A stretch of 32,000 nucleotides of DNA from Cereibacter sphaeroides 2.4.1 (GTDB lineage: Bacteria > Pseudomonadota > Alphaproteobacteria > Rhodobacterales > Rhodobacteraceae). The first letter of the stretch is position 1. Each line of letters opens with the position of its first letter. This document shows, in pieces, positions 16,600 to 25,078 of this stretch. The position numbers and the translations under genes were made by a program. Under the pieces are notes generated by a model. That model was not told where the DNA came from, ran no database searches, and was given only the letters and a program-made list of their open reading frames with translations. The stretch covers positions 450,001 to 482,000 of the forward strand of contig NC_007494.2 in assembly GCF_000012905.2 (NCBI RefSeq). Direction: 5' to 3'.

Positions 16600-19236
16600 A
16601 TGATCCCGCATCCGCCCGCAGTCCTCGCCCATCGCCTGTCGGAAGGCCAGCGCCTCGCCACGCCGCTGATGCGGGCGCTGATGCGGGCGACCGGCACCCA
16701 GGTGGACGCGGCCATCGCCCGCACCATCGCGGAACTCGGCGCGCACTGTGGCGCCGACCGGACGCGGGTCTACCGGATCGAGGCCGGGCAGGTGCTGGAC
16801 TGCACGCACGAATGGTGCAGGTCGGGGATCTCGGAGATCCGGCCGGAGATGCAGCGCATTCCGCTCGGCACGCTCGATCGCTGGATGCCGATCCTGCGCC
16901 GCGGCGAACCGGTCGATGTGCCCGATCTGCACGGCCTGCCCGAGGACGATCCGGCGAAGCAGCAGATGGCCCGGCACGGGATCCGGGCGCTTGTCCTGAT
17001 GCCCCTGACCGCTGGCACGGCGCTGACCGGCGTGGTGGGCCTCAGCCTCTTCAGGGCCCGTCGCCCCGTCGATCCGGCAGAGATGGCCCTCCTGCACTCC
17101 ATCGCCGAGGCGATGGGTGCCGCCCTCGCACGGCGGGATGCCGAGCGCCGCGCCGTGGCGGCCCGCAGTGCCGCCCGCGATGTGGCGCGCAACCTCGAAC
17201 GGCTGGCGCGCGTGACCGAGCTGATGACGAACCTCGTCATCGTGACCGACGTCGAGCAGCAGATCGTCTGGGTGAACCGGGCCTTCGAACGCCAGACGGG
17301 TCACAGCCTCGAGGCGATCCGGGGCCGGAACTTTGCCGAGGTGGTGCGCGGCCCCGGAACGGATCCCGGCGTCTGCGCCGCCGTCGCCGAGGCGATCCGC
17401 ACCTGTTCGAGCTGCGAGGGCGAGACGATCAACTACACGGCCGCGGGCCAGCCCTACTGGATCCGCTTCAACGCCCATCCGCTGTCCGACGCGGACGGGC
17501 GCTACGCCGGTCATGCGTCGGTCGAGACGGTCATCACCGACCGCAAGGTGCTCGAGCGCGAGCTGGCCACCCGCAACGCCTTTCTGACCGCCGTTCTTCA
17601 GACCAGCGTCTCGGCCATCGTGGCCCTGAATGCAGAGGGCGGCATCGTCTATGCCAACGACGAGGCCCGGCGGCTCCTCGTGCTGCAGCCCCATCGCGGC
17701 GGTCTCCGGATGGAGGCGGTCCTAGAGACGCTGGACGGCCGTCCGCTGCCCGAGGCCGACATGCCCTCGGCCCTCGTGCGCGCCACCGGCGCGCCGCTGC
17801 ACGACCTGCGCTATGCGATCCGCCGCCCCGATGGCCAGTTCGGCATCCTGTCCATCAATGCAGCCCCCCTGCCACAGGCCGCCGACGACGCGCGGATCGT
17901 GATCTCCGTCACCGACATCACCCATGCCGAGGCCTCGGCCGAGCGGCTGCGGCGGCAGGCGGCGGAGGACCCGCTGACCGGGCTCGCGAACCGGCGCGCG
18001 CTCGCCGATGCCGTCGAGACCCGGCTGACGGAGGCCGCTCCCTTCGCGCTGGTGATGCTCGACCTCGACAATTTCAAGGCGGTGAACGACCTGCAGCGCC
18101 ACGACACCGGGGATGCGGTGCTGCGCATCGCGGCCGACCGGCTGCGGGCCGTGGCGGGGGCCGACTGTCTCGTGGCGCGGATGGGCGGCGACGAATTCAT
18201 GGTGCTGGCGCCCGGCACCGACGCCGCCAGTGCCCCGCGTCTGGCCGAGGCGCTGCGGGCCGCCATCTCGGCCCCGATCGAGGTCGGCCGCCAGCCGGTG
18301 CATCTGGCAGCCTCCGCCGGCATCGCGCTCCATCCCGAACACGGGACCTCGATGGCGCTTCTGATGACAGGCGCGGACATCGCGCTGCATGCCGCCAAAC
18401 GCGCGGGGCGCAACCGCAGCGTCCTGCTCTCGCAGGCGCAATTCGCCGCCGAAGCCCGGCGCAGCGCCATCACCCAGGCGCTGGCGGCCGACGTCGAGGC
18501 CGACCTGCGCCTCGTGTTTCAACCGCAGTTCAGGGCCTGCGGCGCCTTCGACGGGGCCGAGGCGCTCCTGCGCTGGACTGATCCCCGGCTGGGCGAGATC
18601 GGCCCCGCGGAGTTCATTCCCATCGCCGAGGAAGCGGGCCTCATCCAGCGCATCGACGCGCATGTGGCGGTTCTGGCCGCGCGGCAGCTCGGCCTCTGGG
18701 CGCGGCGTGGCTGGCGCCACCGGCTCGCGGTCAATGCCTCGGCCCAGACCTTCGCCCGCGCGGGCTTTGCCGAGGAGCTGCTGCAGCACCTCGCGGAGGA
18801 GGATGTCTGCCCGCAGCAGCTCGTGGTCGAACTGACCGACACGTCCCTCGCCACGCTCTCCTCGGTCGCGGACCACAATATCGCCACCCTGCGGCGCGCC
18901 GGTGTGGGCATCGCCATCGACGATTTCGGCACGGGCTACGCCTCGCTCTCCTATCTGCATCGGATCGAGGCGACCGAGATCAAGATCGACCGCGGCTTCG
19001 TGGCGGGCCTCGAGACGGCGGAGCGGCGCGACAGCAAGCCGCTGATCCAGGCGATCCTCAGCCTTGCCCATGCCCTGGGCCTTGCCGTGACCGCCGAAGG
19101 CGTCGAGACCGAGCGGCAGCGCAGCTGGCTCTCGGCGGAGGGCTGCGACCGGCTGCAGGGCTATCTGCTGGGTCGCCCCCTGCCCGTCGAGGCCTTCGAG
19201 GCGGCCTTCGTGACGCCAGCCGCGGTTCCGGGCTGA
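16600..19236 (+). CDS. Cytoplasmic GAF-PAS-PAS-GGDEF-EAL c-di-GMP turnover protein (~878 aa)
   Basis: The ATG at 16600 has GAGG 9 nt upstream; a GTG at 16591 is the alternative. The order is a GAF-like N-terminus, two PAS-like segments, DPLTGLANRRAL with MGGDEF, then the EAL domain (EALLRW, EFIPIAEEAGLI, DDFGTGYASLSYL, KIDRGF, EGVET). Confidence 0.85.
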   Translation: MIPHPPAVLAHRLSEGQRLATPLMRALMRATGTQVDAAIARTIAELGAHCGADRTRVYRIEAGQVLDCTHEWCRSGISEIRPEMQRIPLGTLDRWMPILRRGEPVDVPDLHGLPEDDPAKQQMARHGIRALVLMPLTAGTALTGVVGLSLFRARRPVDPAEMALLHSIAEAMGAALARRDAERRAVAARSAARDVARNLERLARVTELMTNLVIVTDVEQQIVWVNRAFERQTGHSLEAIRGRNFAEVVRGPGTDPGVCAAVAEAIRTCSSCEGETINYTAAGQPYWIRFNAHPLSDADGRYAGHASVETVITDRKVLERELATRNAFLTAVLQTSVSAIVALNAEGGIVYANDEARRLLVLQPHRGGLRMEAVLETLDGRPLPEADMPSALVRATGAPLHDLRYAIRRPDGQFGILSINAAPLPQAADDARIVISVTDITHAEASAERLRRQAAEDPLTGLANRRALADAVETRLTEAAPFALVMLDLDNFKAVNDLQRHDTGDAVLRIAADRLRAVAGADCLVARMGGDEFMVLAPGTDAASAPRLAEALRAAISAPIEVGRQPVHLAASAGIALHPEHGTSMALLMTGADIALHAAKRAGRNRSVLLSQAQFAAEARRSAITQALAADVEADLRLVFQPQFRACGAFDGAEALLRWTDPRLGEIGPAEFIPIAEEAGLIQRIDAHVAVLAARQLGLWARRGWRHRLAVNASAQTFARAGFAEELLQHLAEEDVCPQQLVVELTDTSLATLSSVADHNIATLRRAGVGIAIDDFGTGYASLSYLHRIEATEIKIDRGFVAGLETAERRDSKPLIQAILSLAHALGLAVTAEGVETERQRSWLSAEGCDRLQGYLLGRPLPVEAFEAAFVTPAAVPG

Positions 19237-19242
19237 GGCGGG

Positions 19243-20046
19243 TCAGCCGCCCCGCGTGCAACGGGCGGTCACAGCCCGGCCCGTGACCCGGTAGGCCAGG
19301 ATCCCGATCCATTCCCGCACGGCCACGTTCAGCAGATCGAGATTGCGCGCCAGATCCCAGCCGATCCCGTCGCGCAAGCTGGCCGTGCGGTAGTCGGTGG
19401 GCCAGGGCACCAGATCCTGCCAGCCCGCCGCGCAAAAGGTCTCGACCGCGCGCGGCATGTGGAAGGCCGAGGTGACGAGGAGCCAGCTTCCCTGCCCCTG
19501 GTTCGCCACGAGGGCCTTGGCGAAGCGCGCATTCTCGGCCGTGTTGCGCGATTGTCCCTCGAGGATCAGCCGGGCCGGATCGACACCGGCCGAGACGAGG
19601 ATCTCGCGTGCGATGCGGGCCTCGGGGATCTCGGCCCCGAACAGCCGCCCGCTGCCCCCGGTGAAGAGCACGCGCGCCTCCGGAAAGCGCCGCGCGAGGG
19701 CGATGGTCGCGAGGTAGCGATCGCCCGCCTCGGTCACGGCGGGCCGCCGCCACTTCCGCGCCGCGGCCGCATCCTCGCTGCCGCCGAGGAGGATGATGCC
19801 CGCCACCTCGCCCACCGGCGGATCGGCGGGCCAGACCCGCTCGAGCGAGGAGAGGGCCAGATACGACAGCGGAAGCGCACCCACCGCGAGGAAGGCCAGA
19901 CAGCTCGACAGAAGCAGCGCCGCCGCCAGACGGAGACGGCGCAGGACGAGGGCTGCGAGACCCGCCGCCACGGCAAGGACGAGCAGCGTCTCGGGCCTGA
20001 CCAGCATCCAGACGAGCTTGGAGGCGATGAAGAAGATCGTGTCCAT
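19243..20046 (-). CDS. DUF218/YdcF-family membrane-anchored protein (267 aa)
   Basis: The start is the ATG at 20046 (MDTIFFIASKLVWMLVRPETLLVL...). It has two N-terminal TM segments and a YdcF-like core (IILLGGSE, LFTGGSG, SRNTAENA, LVTSAFHMPRA). Confidence 0.8.
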   Translation of the reverse strand: MDTIFFIASKLVWMLVRPETLLVLAVAAGLAALVLRRLRLAAALLLSSCLAFLAVGALPLSYLALSSLERVWPADPPVGEVAGIILLGGSEDAAAARKWRRPAVTEAGDRYLATIALARRFPEARVLFTGGSGRLFGAEIPEARIAREILVSAGVDPARLILEGQSRNTAENARFAKALVANQGQGSWLLVTSAFHMPRAVETFCAAGWQDLVPWPTDYRTASLRDGIGWDLARNLDLLNVAVREWIGILAYRVTGRAVTARCTRGG

Positions 20047-20180
20047 GGGCGGGGCCTGCGTCGGAGGAAAGCGGTTCCGGGCCATTCTGCCGCTGCAGCG
20101 CGGAATGACAACCGCCGCCGGGCGTCTCCCGGACGGGGAGGACGAACGGTTCAGGGCACCTCTCGGTTTTCGCGTCGGAT

Positions 20181-20193
20181 TTGTAAAATTCAC
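20181..20193. promoter_or_regulatory. AT-rich motif copy A (TTGTAAAATTCAC), candidate GntR operator upstream of the kinase gene
   Basis: TTGTAAAATTC is identical over 11 nt to 21408-21418. It contains a GT-N7-AC core (GTAAAATTCAC) and sits in the 289-nt intergenic region. Confidence 0.35.
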
Positions 20194-20335
20194 GGCGAAG
20201 CAATCGCTTCTCAATATGCCTTGAATGTGCTAGGCAATTTTCGAGGATATTGGCTTTCACCCCCTCGGGTGACCGACGTATCCAGACCACTTTACGTCTT
20301 GGAGACGACATGCAGCAACGGATGGCCAAGGCGTC

Positions 20336-21433
20336 ATGTCGGCAGAGAAGGCCCCTGACGCTGGGTTCCGGTCCGCAGGCGGTCGGCGCGCCTCAGGGAC
20401 GGGGGTGCCCGTGACGCGGCTTGTCATCGTTGCGGACGACCTGACCGGCGCCCTCGACGCCGGCGCGGGCTTTGCGATGCGGGGCGCACGGGTGCGCGTG
20501 GCGCGGAGCCTCGCCGATCTGCCGGAGGCGCTGGCGAGTGGCGCCGAGGTCATCGCGCTCTCGACCGGCACGCGCGACCTCGGGGTTGCCGAGGCGCAGG
20601 CACGGCTGGCCGAGGTGCGGGCGCTTCTGGGCGCGCAGCCGCTCCTCTTCAAGAAGATCGACAGCCGCCTGAAGGGTCCGATTGCGGCCGAACTGGCGGC
20701 GCTTCTGGAGGGCGATCCGCGCCCGATCCTCGCCACGCCGGCGATTCCCGCCCTCGGCCGGTTCTGCGAAGCGGGCGCGGTGACGGGGGCCGGCTTGGAC
20801 CGGCCCATCGCGGTGGCCCCCGCCCTCGGGCGCCCGGCCCGGGTGATCGACGCGCGCACCGATGCGGAGATCGAGGCGGCGCTGCCCGACGACCTCGCCA
20901 CGCAGGTCTTCGTGGGCGCGGCAGGCCTTGCCGCGGCGTTGGCCCGCAGGCTCTGGCCCGATGCGCCGTCGACCCGGACGCATCTTTTGTCGACCCCTGC
21001 CCTCTTCGCCATCGGCTCGCGCGATCCGGTGACCCTCGCGCAGATCGCGGCACCGCACGCGCTGCCGATCCACGAAGCGCCGAACGGCGCGGTTCCGGCC
21101 CTTCCCGCGGCAGATGCGCTCCTCGTGCGGATGACGCCGGCCGAGCCCGCCTGCCCGGCTGCCGTCGCGGGAGACACCTTCGCGCGCGGGATCGCGGCTT
21201 CCATGACCGCGCGGCCGGTGGCCACGCTCTTCGCCTGCGGCGGCGAGAGCGCGAATGCGATCCTGGCCGAGCTCGGGATCGGGCAGCTCGACCTTCTGGG
21301 CGAGCTTCTCCCCGGCATCCCCGTCTCGGAGGCGCACCACGCGGGGCGCAGGCTCAGGATCGTCACCAAGTCGGGCGGCTTCGGACCGCCGGACACGGTT
21401 GTAAAACTTGTAAAATTCCTGGAGAGGGTCTAA
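20336..21433 (+). CDS. Four-carbon acid-sugar kinase family protein (DUF1537; DtnK/DenK/OtnK-like)
   Basis: The N-terminal motif LVIVADDLTGALDAG and the C-terminal motif LFACGGESANAILAELGIG...GIPVSEA...IVTKSGGFG are typical of DUF1537 kinases. The start is uncertain: ATG 20336 (25-aa low-complexity extension) or GTG 20411 (VTRLVIVADD). Confidence 0.8.
   Translation: MSAEKAPDAGFRSAGGRRASGTGVPVTRLVIVADDLTGALDAGAGFAMRGARVRVARSLADLPEALASGAEVIALSTGTRDLGVAEAQARLAEVRALLGAQPLLFKKIDSRLKGPIAAELAALLEGDPRPILATPAIPALGRFCEAGAVTGAGLDRPIAVAPALGRPARVIDARTDAEIEAALPDDLATQVFVGAAGLAAALARRLWPDAPSTRTHLLSTPALFAIGSRDPVTLAQIAAPHALPIHEAPNGAVPALPAADALLVRMTPAEPACPAAVAGDTFARGIAASMTARPVATLFACGGESANAILAELGIGQLDLLGELLPGIPVSEAHHAGRRLRIVTKSGGFGPPDTVVKLVKFLERV
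21399..21419. promoter_or_regulatory. AT-rich motif copy B (TTGTAAAACTTGTAAAATTCC), candidate GntR operator in front of gntR
   Basis: This tandem TTGTAAAA element sits inside the last codons of the kinase CDS, 47-67 nt upstream of the gntR ATG. It matches copies A and C. Confidence 0.35.
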
Positions 21434-21465
21434 GCCTTGAGGGGCGACCCCGGACGAAGCGAGCC

Positions 21466-22185
21466 ATGGCCCATCTCAAACAGTCGACCCGAATGCCGCT
21501 GGCCGACAAGGTCTATCACACGCTCTACACCCGCATCTCGAACGGGGACTATCCACCGAACCAGAAACTGCCGCCCGAGATGCAGCTGGCCGAGGAGCTG
21601 GGCGTCTCGCGCCCGGTGCTGCGGGCGGCGCTGGAACGGCTGCGCGACGAGGGGATCGTCCATTCCCGGCAGGGCGCGGGCAACTACGTCCGCCCGATCC
21701 AGATCGCGCCGCTGGGCTTTGCGCGGGTCGAGACCTTGGCCGACATCCAGCGCTGCTACGAGTTCCGCATCACCATCGAGACCGACGCCACATGGCTCGC
21801 AGCGCAGCGCCGCAACCCGGCCATCCTCGCCGAGATCGAGGCCGCGCTCGAACAGCTGCGGGCGGCGACCGGGTCGATGCAGCACCGCGAGGATGCCGAT
21901 TTCGCCTTCCATGTGGGCATCGCACGAGGGGCGAACAACCAGTATTACGAGGCCACGCTGCGCGCGCTGCGCAACCACATCAATGTGGGGATGAAGCTGC
22001 ACGGCGACGCGCTGATGACCGACGGCCAGAAGGGTCTCGAAGGGGTGCTGCGCGAACATGCGGGCATCTTCGAGGCCGTGCGGGACGGCCGGGCCGACGA
22101 GGCGCGCGACCAGATGCGCGCCCATCTCGAACATTCCCGCGACCGCCTGTTCGGCGGGAGCCTCCTCGATCTCCGGATGCGCTGA
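21466..22185 (+). CDS. GntR-family transcriptional regulator, FadR subfamily (wHTH plus FCD domain; 239 aa)
   Basis: LPPEMQLAEELGVSRPVLRAALERLRDEGIVHSRQGAGNYV is a typical GntR wHTH. The C-terminus is all-helical with FCD-like His/Asp residues (DADFAFHVGIA, EHAGIFEAV). Confidence 0.9.
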   Translation: MAHLKQSTRMPLADKVYHTLYTRISNGDYPPNQKLPPEMQLAEELGVSRPVLRAALERLRDEGIVHSRQGAGNYVRPIQIAPLGFARVETLADIQRCYEFRITIETDATWLAAQRRNPAILAEIEAALEQLRAATGSMQHREDADFAFHVGIARGANNQYYEATLRALRNHINVGMKLHGDALMTDGQKGLEGVLREHAGIFEAVRDGRADEARDQMRAHLEHSRDRLFGGSLLDLRMR

Positions 22186-22195
22186 GCGCGGCAGC

Positions 22196-22221
22196 GCTCC
22201 GGGGGGCGCGTCCCCCGGAGC
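22196..22221. terminator. GC-rich hairpin between the convergent gntR and pdxA2 genes (candidate bidirectional terminator)
   Basis: GCTCCGGGGG(G)-CGCG-(T)CCCCCGGAGC gives 10 Watson-Crick pairs plus one wobble, with a 4-nt loop. No U-tract follows on either strand. Confidence 0.35.
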
Positions 22222-22231
22222 CGCCCCCCCG

Positions 22232-23218
22232 TCAGCCGCGGCCCGCGACCAGCTTGTCCGCGTAGGCCAGCGCCGCCAGCATGTTGACGTGATTGGCCCG
22301 CCCGGTGCCTGCGATGTCGAAGGCGGTGCCGTGATCGACCGAGCAGCGGTCGATGGGCAACCCCAGCGAGCAGTTGACCGCCGTGTCGAAAGCGATGAGC
22401 TTGATCGGGATGTGGCCCTGATCGTGATACTGCGCCACCACGAGGTCGAAGGCACCGGAATGGGCGCGGTAATAGACCGTATCGGCCGGGATCGGACCCA
22501 CCACGTCGATGCCCTCGGCCCGCGCGGCCTCGACCGCCGGCTGCACCTGCAGATCGTCCTCGCGTCCGAAGAGCCCGTTCTCGCCGCAGTGCGGGTTGAT
22601 CCCCGCCACCGCGATCCGCGGCTGCGCGATCCCCATGCGCTGCAGGTGCCGGTGCCCGGTGCGGATGGTTTCGAGCACCCGCTCGGGCGTGGCCCGGCCG
22701 ATGGCCTCCTTCAGCGAGATGTGGGTCGAGACATGGATCACGTTCAGCGTGGGCGAGGCGAGCAGCATCCACGAGGCGGCGCAGCCCGTGAGGTGGGCGA
22801 GCATCCCGGTGTGGCCGTCGTAATGGTGGCCGGCCGCGTTCAGCGCCTCCTTGTTGATCGGTGCCGTGACGATGCAGGCGGCCTCGCCGCCGCGCGTCAT
22901 GGTGACGGCGCGGTCGATGTAGCGGAACGAGGCCTCGCCGCAGGCGGGCGAGAGCACCCCGAAGCGGCCCGGCAGGCCGGCCACCTCCTCGTGGATCACG
23001 GCGACCGAGCCCTCGGGGGCCCCGTCGCCGAACTCGTGCAGCGCCAGATCGAGGCCACAGGCGGCGCGCGCGCGCAGAAGCGTCTCACGGTCGCCGATCA
23101 CCGCATAGGCGCGGCGCCTTGCGGGGGTGAGGTCGGCGAGCGCCTTCACCGTCACTTCGGCGCCGACCCCGGACGGATCGCCCATCGTGATGACGATGGG
23201 TTGGGGGGAACTGGACAT
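22232..23218 (-). CDS. pdxA2: PdxA-family NAD-dependent 4-phospho-hydroxyacid dehydrogenase (PdxA2-like; 328 aa)
   Basis: [41 protein letters not shown] and [12 protein letters not shown] are PdxA-family hallmarks. AGGAGA lies upstream of the ATG at 23218. Confidence 0.85.
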   Translation of the reverse strand: MSSSPQPIVITMGDPSGVGAEVTVKALADLTPARRRAYAVIGDRETLLRARAACGLDLALHEFGDGAPEGSVAVIHEEVAGLPGRFGVLSPACGEASFRYIDRAVTMTRGGEAACIVTAPINKEALNAAGHHYDGHTGMLAHLTGCAASWMLLASPTLNVIHVSTHISLKEAIGRATPERVLETIRTGHRHLQRMGIAQPRIAVAGINPHCGENGLFGREDDLQVQPAVEAARAEGIDVVGPIPADTVYYRAHSGAFDLVVAQYHDQGHIPIKLIAFDTAVNCSLGLPIDRCSVDHGTAFDIAGTGRANHVNMLAALAYADKLVAGRG

Positions 23219-23243
23219 GGGTCTTTCTCCTGTTCGGCCGGGC

Positions 23244-24194
23244 TCAGCCCAGCTCCGCCGCGTTCAGGCAGCGCGCCGGGCGTCCGCCGGCGATGAGGGT
23301 GCGGATGTCCTCGATCACCATCAGCCCGACATTCTCGAGCGCCTCGAGCGTGTCGGCGCCGGAATGCGGCGTGAAGACGGCGTTGGGATGGGCGAAGACG
23401 GGATGCGACACGTCCGGCGGCTCGGTGACATAGGCGTCGATGGCCACGCCGCCGAGCTGCCCGCTCTCGAGCGCCCGGGCCACCGCGTCGAGGTCGACGA
23501 CCTCGCCGCGCGCCAGATTGACGAGCCGCGCGCCGGGCTTCAGCCGCGCCAGCGCCCGGTCGTCGATCAGCGCTGCATTCCCCGCCCCGCCGAAGACATG
23601 GAGCGAGACATAGTCGGCGCGGGCCAGAAGCTCCTCGAGCGGCAGGTAGGTCACGCCGCAGTCGCGCGCGAAGGCCGGATCCTCGACCCGGTCGGTGGCC
23701 AGCACCTCCATGCCGAGGCCGCGCGCGAGGCGGGCGAGGCGCTTGCCGATGTTGCCGAGGCCCACGATCCCCAGCACCTTGCCGCCGAGCTGGGTGCCGA
23801 TCCGGCGGTCCCAGCCGCCCGAGGTCACGGAGGCATGGCCCTGCGGGATGAAGCGCGCCATGGCGAACATCAGGCCCATGGCGAGTTCCGCCACGGCATC
23901 GGCATTGGCGGCGGGCGTGTTCGTGACCGGCAGGCCCGCAGCGGTGCAGGCCGGAATGTCGATATTGTCGACGCCCACGCCGTGCTTCAGCACGCCCTTC
24001 AGACGCGGCCCCTTCGCCAGCACCTCGGCCGTCACCGGCACGAGGCCCACCACGAGGTAATCCGCCTCGGGCAGATGCGCCTCCATCTCGGCCGCGTCGG
24101 CGGCACGCAGGAAGGTCCAGCCCTCGGCCTCGATCCGGGCGGGCACCCGTCCGTGGCGGCCGAAGCCCGGCGAGGTGGTCAGGACGACGGTCAT
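23244..24194 (-). CDS. D-isomer-specific 2-hydroxyacid dehydrogenase (phosphoglycerate / glyoxylate-hydroxypyruvate reductase-like; 316 aa)
   Basis: NAD-binding motif [27 protein letters not shown]. Catalytic R/E/H context [22 protein letters not shown]. The start overlaps the upstream stop (ATGA). Confidence 0.85.
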   Translation of the reverse strand: MTVVLTTSPGFGRHGRVPARIEAEGWTFLRAADAAEMEAHLPEADYLVVGLVPVTAEVLAKGPRLKGVLKHGVGVDNIDIPACTAAGLPVTNTPAANADAVAELAMGLMFAMARFIPQGHASVTSGGWDRRIGTQLGGKVLGIVGLGNIGKRLARLARGLGMEVLATDRVEDPAFARDCGVTYLPLEELLARADYVSLHVFGGAGNAALIDDRALARLKPGARLVNLARGEVVDLDAVARALESGQLGGVAIDAYVTEPPDVSHPVFAHPNAVFTPHSGADTLEALENVGLMVIEDIRTLIAGGRPARCLNAAELG

Positions 24195-25075
24195 TCCTTC
24201 AGGCCCCGCGCGGTGAGGATGGCGAGGATCTGCGCGTCCTGCGCGGCGTCTGGCAGCAGCGCGGGCTGCCGGGAGAGGCCGACCGAAGGATCGTTCAGAT
24301 AGAGCGCGCGCTTGACGAGCGCCGGCGGGAAGCCCAGGGCATAGAGGTCCTTCCGCAGGCCCGCAAAGTTTTCCTGCGCCGCGCGCGCGGCCTCCATGTC
24401 GCCCGCGTTGAAGCCCGCGATGATCTGCGCCAGCAGGCCCGGAGCCACGTTGCCGAGCCCCGAGACGACGCCCGCGCAGCCTTCCTCGAGGCCCCAGAGC
24501 ACCAGATGGTCGGGCGCGCAGTAGACTTCGAACCCCTCCACATCGCGCGCCACGTCGAGATAGGCGCGCACCGTGTCGGTCGAGCCGCCGGAATCCTTGA
24601 TCCCCGCGATGTTGCCATGACGGGCGAGCGTGCCCACCGTGGCAGGCTCGATATGGTTCTGGGTGCGGGCCGGGATGTCGTAGAGATAGACCGGCGTCGT
24701 CACGGCATCGGCGACGGTCGAGAAGTGCCGGATCAGCCCGTCCTGCGTGCAGGAGATGAAGTAGGGCGCAATGACCGCGATGCCGTGCAGGCCCATCCCA
24801 TCCACCGCGCGGGCGAGCTGGAGCGTCTCGAAGGTGGCGGGGCAGCCGACGTTGGCGATGACCTTCGCGCGGCCCGCCACTTCCTCCATCACCTCTCCCA
24901 CCAGACGGATCTTCTCGTCATGGGTCAGAGCCGAGAAATCGCCGTTCGTGCCGCAGACCATGAGATCGTTGCCGGCGGCCAGCTGGCGGCGCACCTGGGC
25001 GCGGGTGGCTGCATAGTTGACGGTCTCGTCCTCGTGAAAGCAGGTCACGAGGGCGACATGGGCGTTGCGCGTCAT
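24191..25075 (-). CDS. Dihydrodipicolinate synthase/N-acetylneuraminate lyase-family class I aldolase (DapA-like; 294 aa)
   Basis: GTNGDF, LYDIPART and GIKDSGG (Schiff-base Lys context) are present. It starts 3 nt after the tctA stop. Confidence 0.8.
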   Translation of the reverse strand: MTRNAHVALVTCFHEDETVNYAATRAQVRRQLAAGNDLMVCGTNGDFSALTHDEKIRLVGEVMEEVAGRAKVIANVGCPATFETLQLARAVDGMGLHGIAVIAPYFISCTQDGLIRHFSTVADAVTTPVYLYDIPARTQNHIEPATVGTLARHGNIAGIKDSGGSTDTVRAYLDVARDVEGFEVYCAPDHLVLWGLEEGCAGVVSGLGNVAPGLLAQIIAGFNAGDMEAARAAQENFAGLRKDLYALGFPPALVKRALYLNDPSVGLSRQPALLPDAAQDAQILAILTARGLKE

Positions 25076-25078
25076 CTT

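Noticed and set aside
14893-17694. A 933-aa ORF on the minus strand, antisense to the two c-di-GMP genes
   Set aside because: Its composition is dominated by Arg/Gly/Pro/Ala/Asp runs with no recognisable motifs. It fully overlaps two plus-strand genes that carry clear GGDEF/EAL/PAS motifs. It is a typical shadow ORF of GC-rich DNA, where stop codons are rare in the antisense frame.
19231-19248. The palindrome GGCTGA-GGCGGG-TCAGCC, formed by the stop codons of the convergent EAL and YdcF genes
   Set aside because: It has only 6 bp and no U-tract. It is noted as a curiosity and mentioned under the 22196 hairpin finding, but it is not strong enough to call as a terminator.
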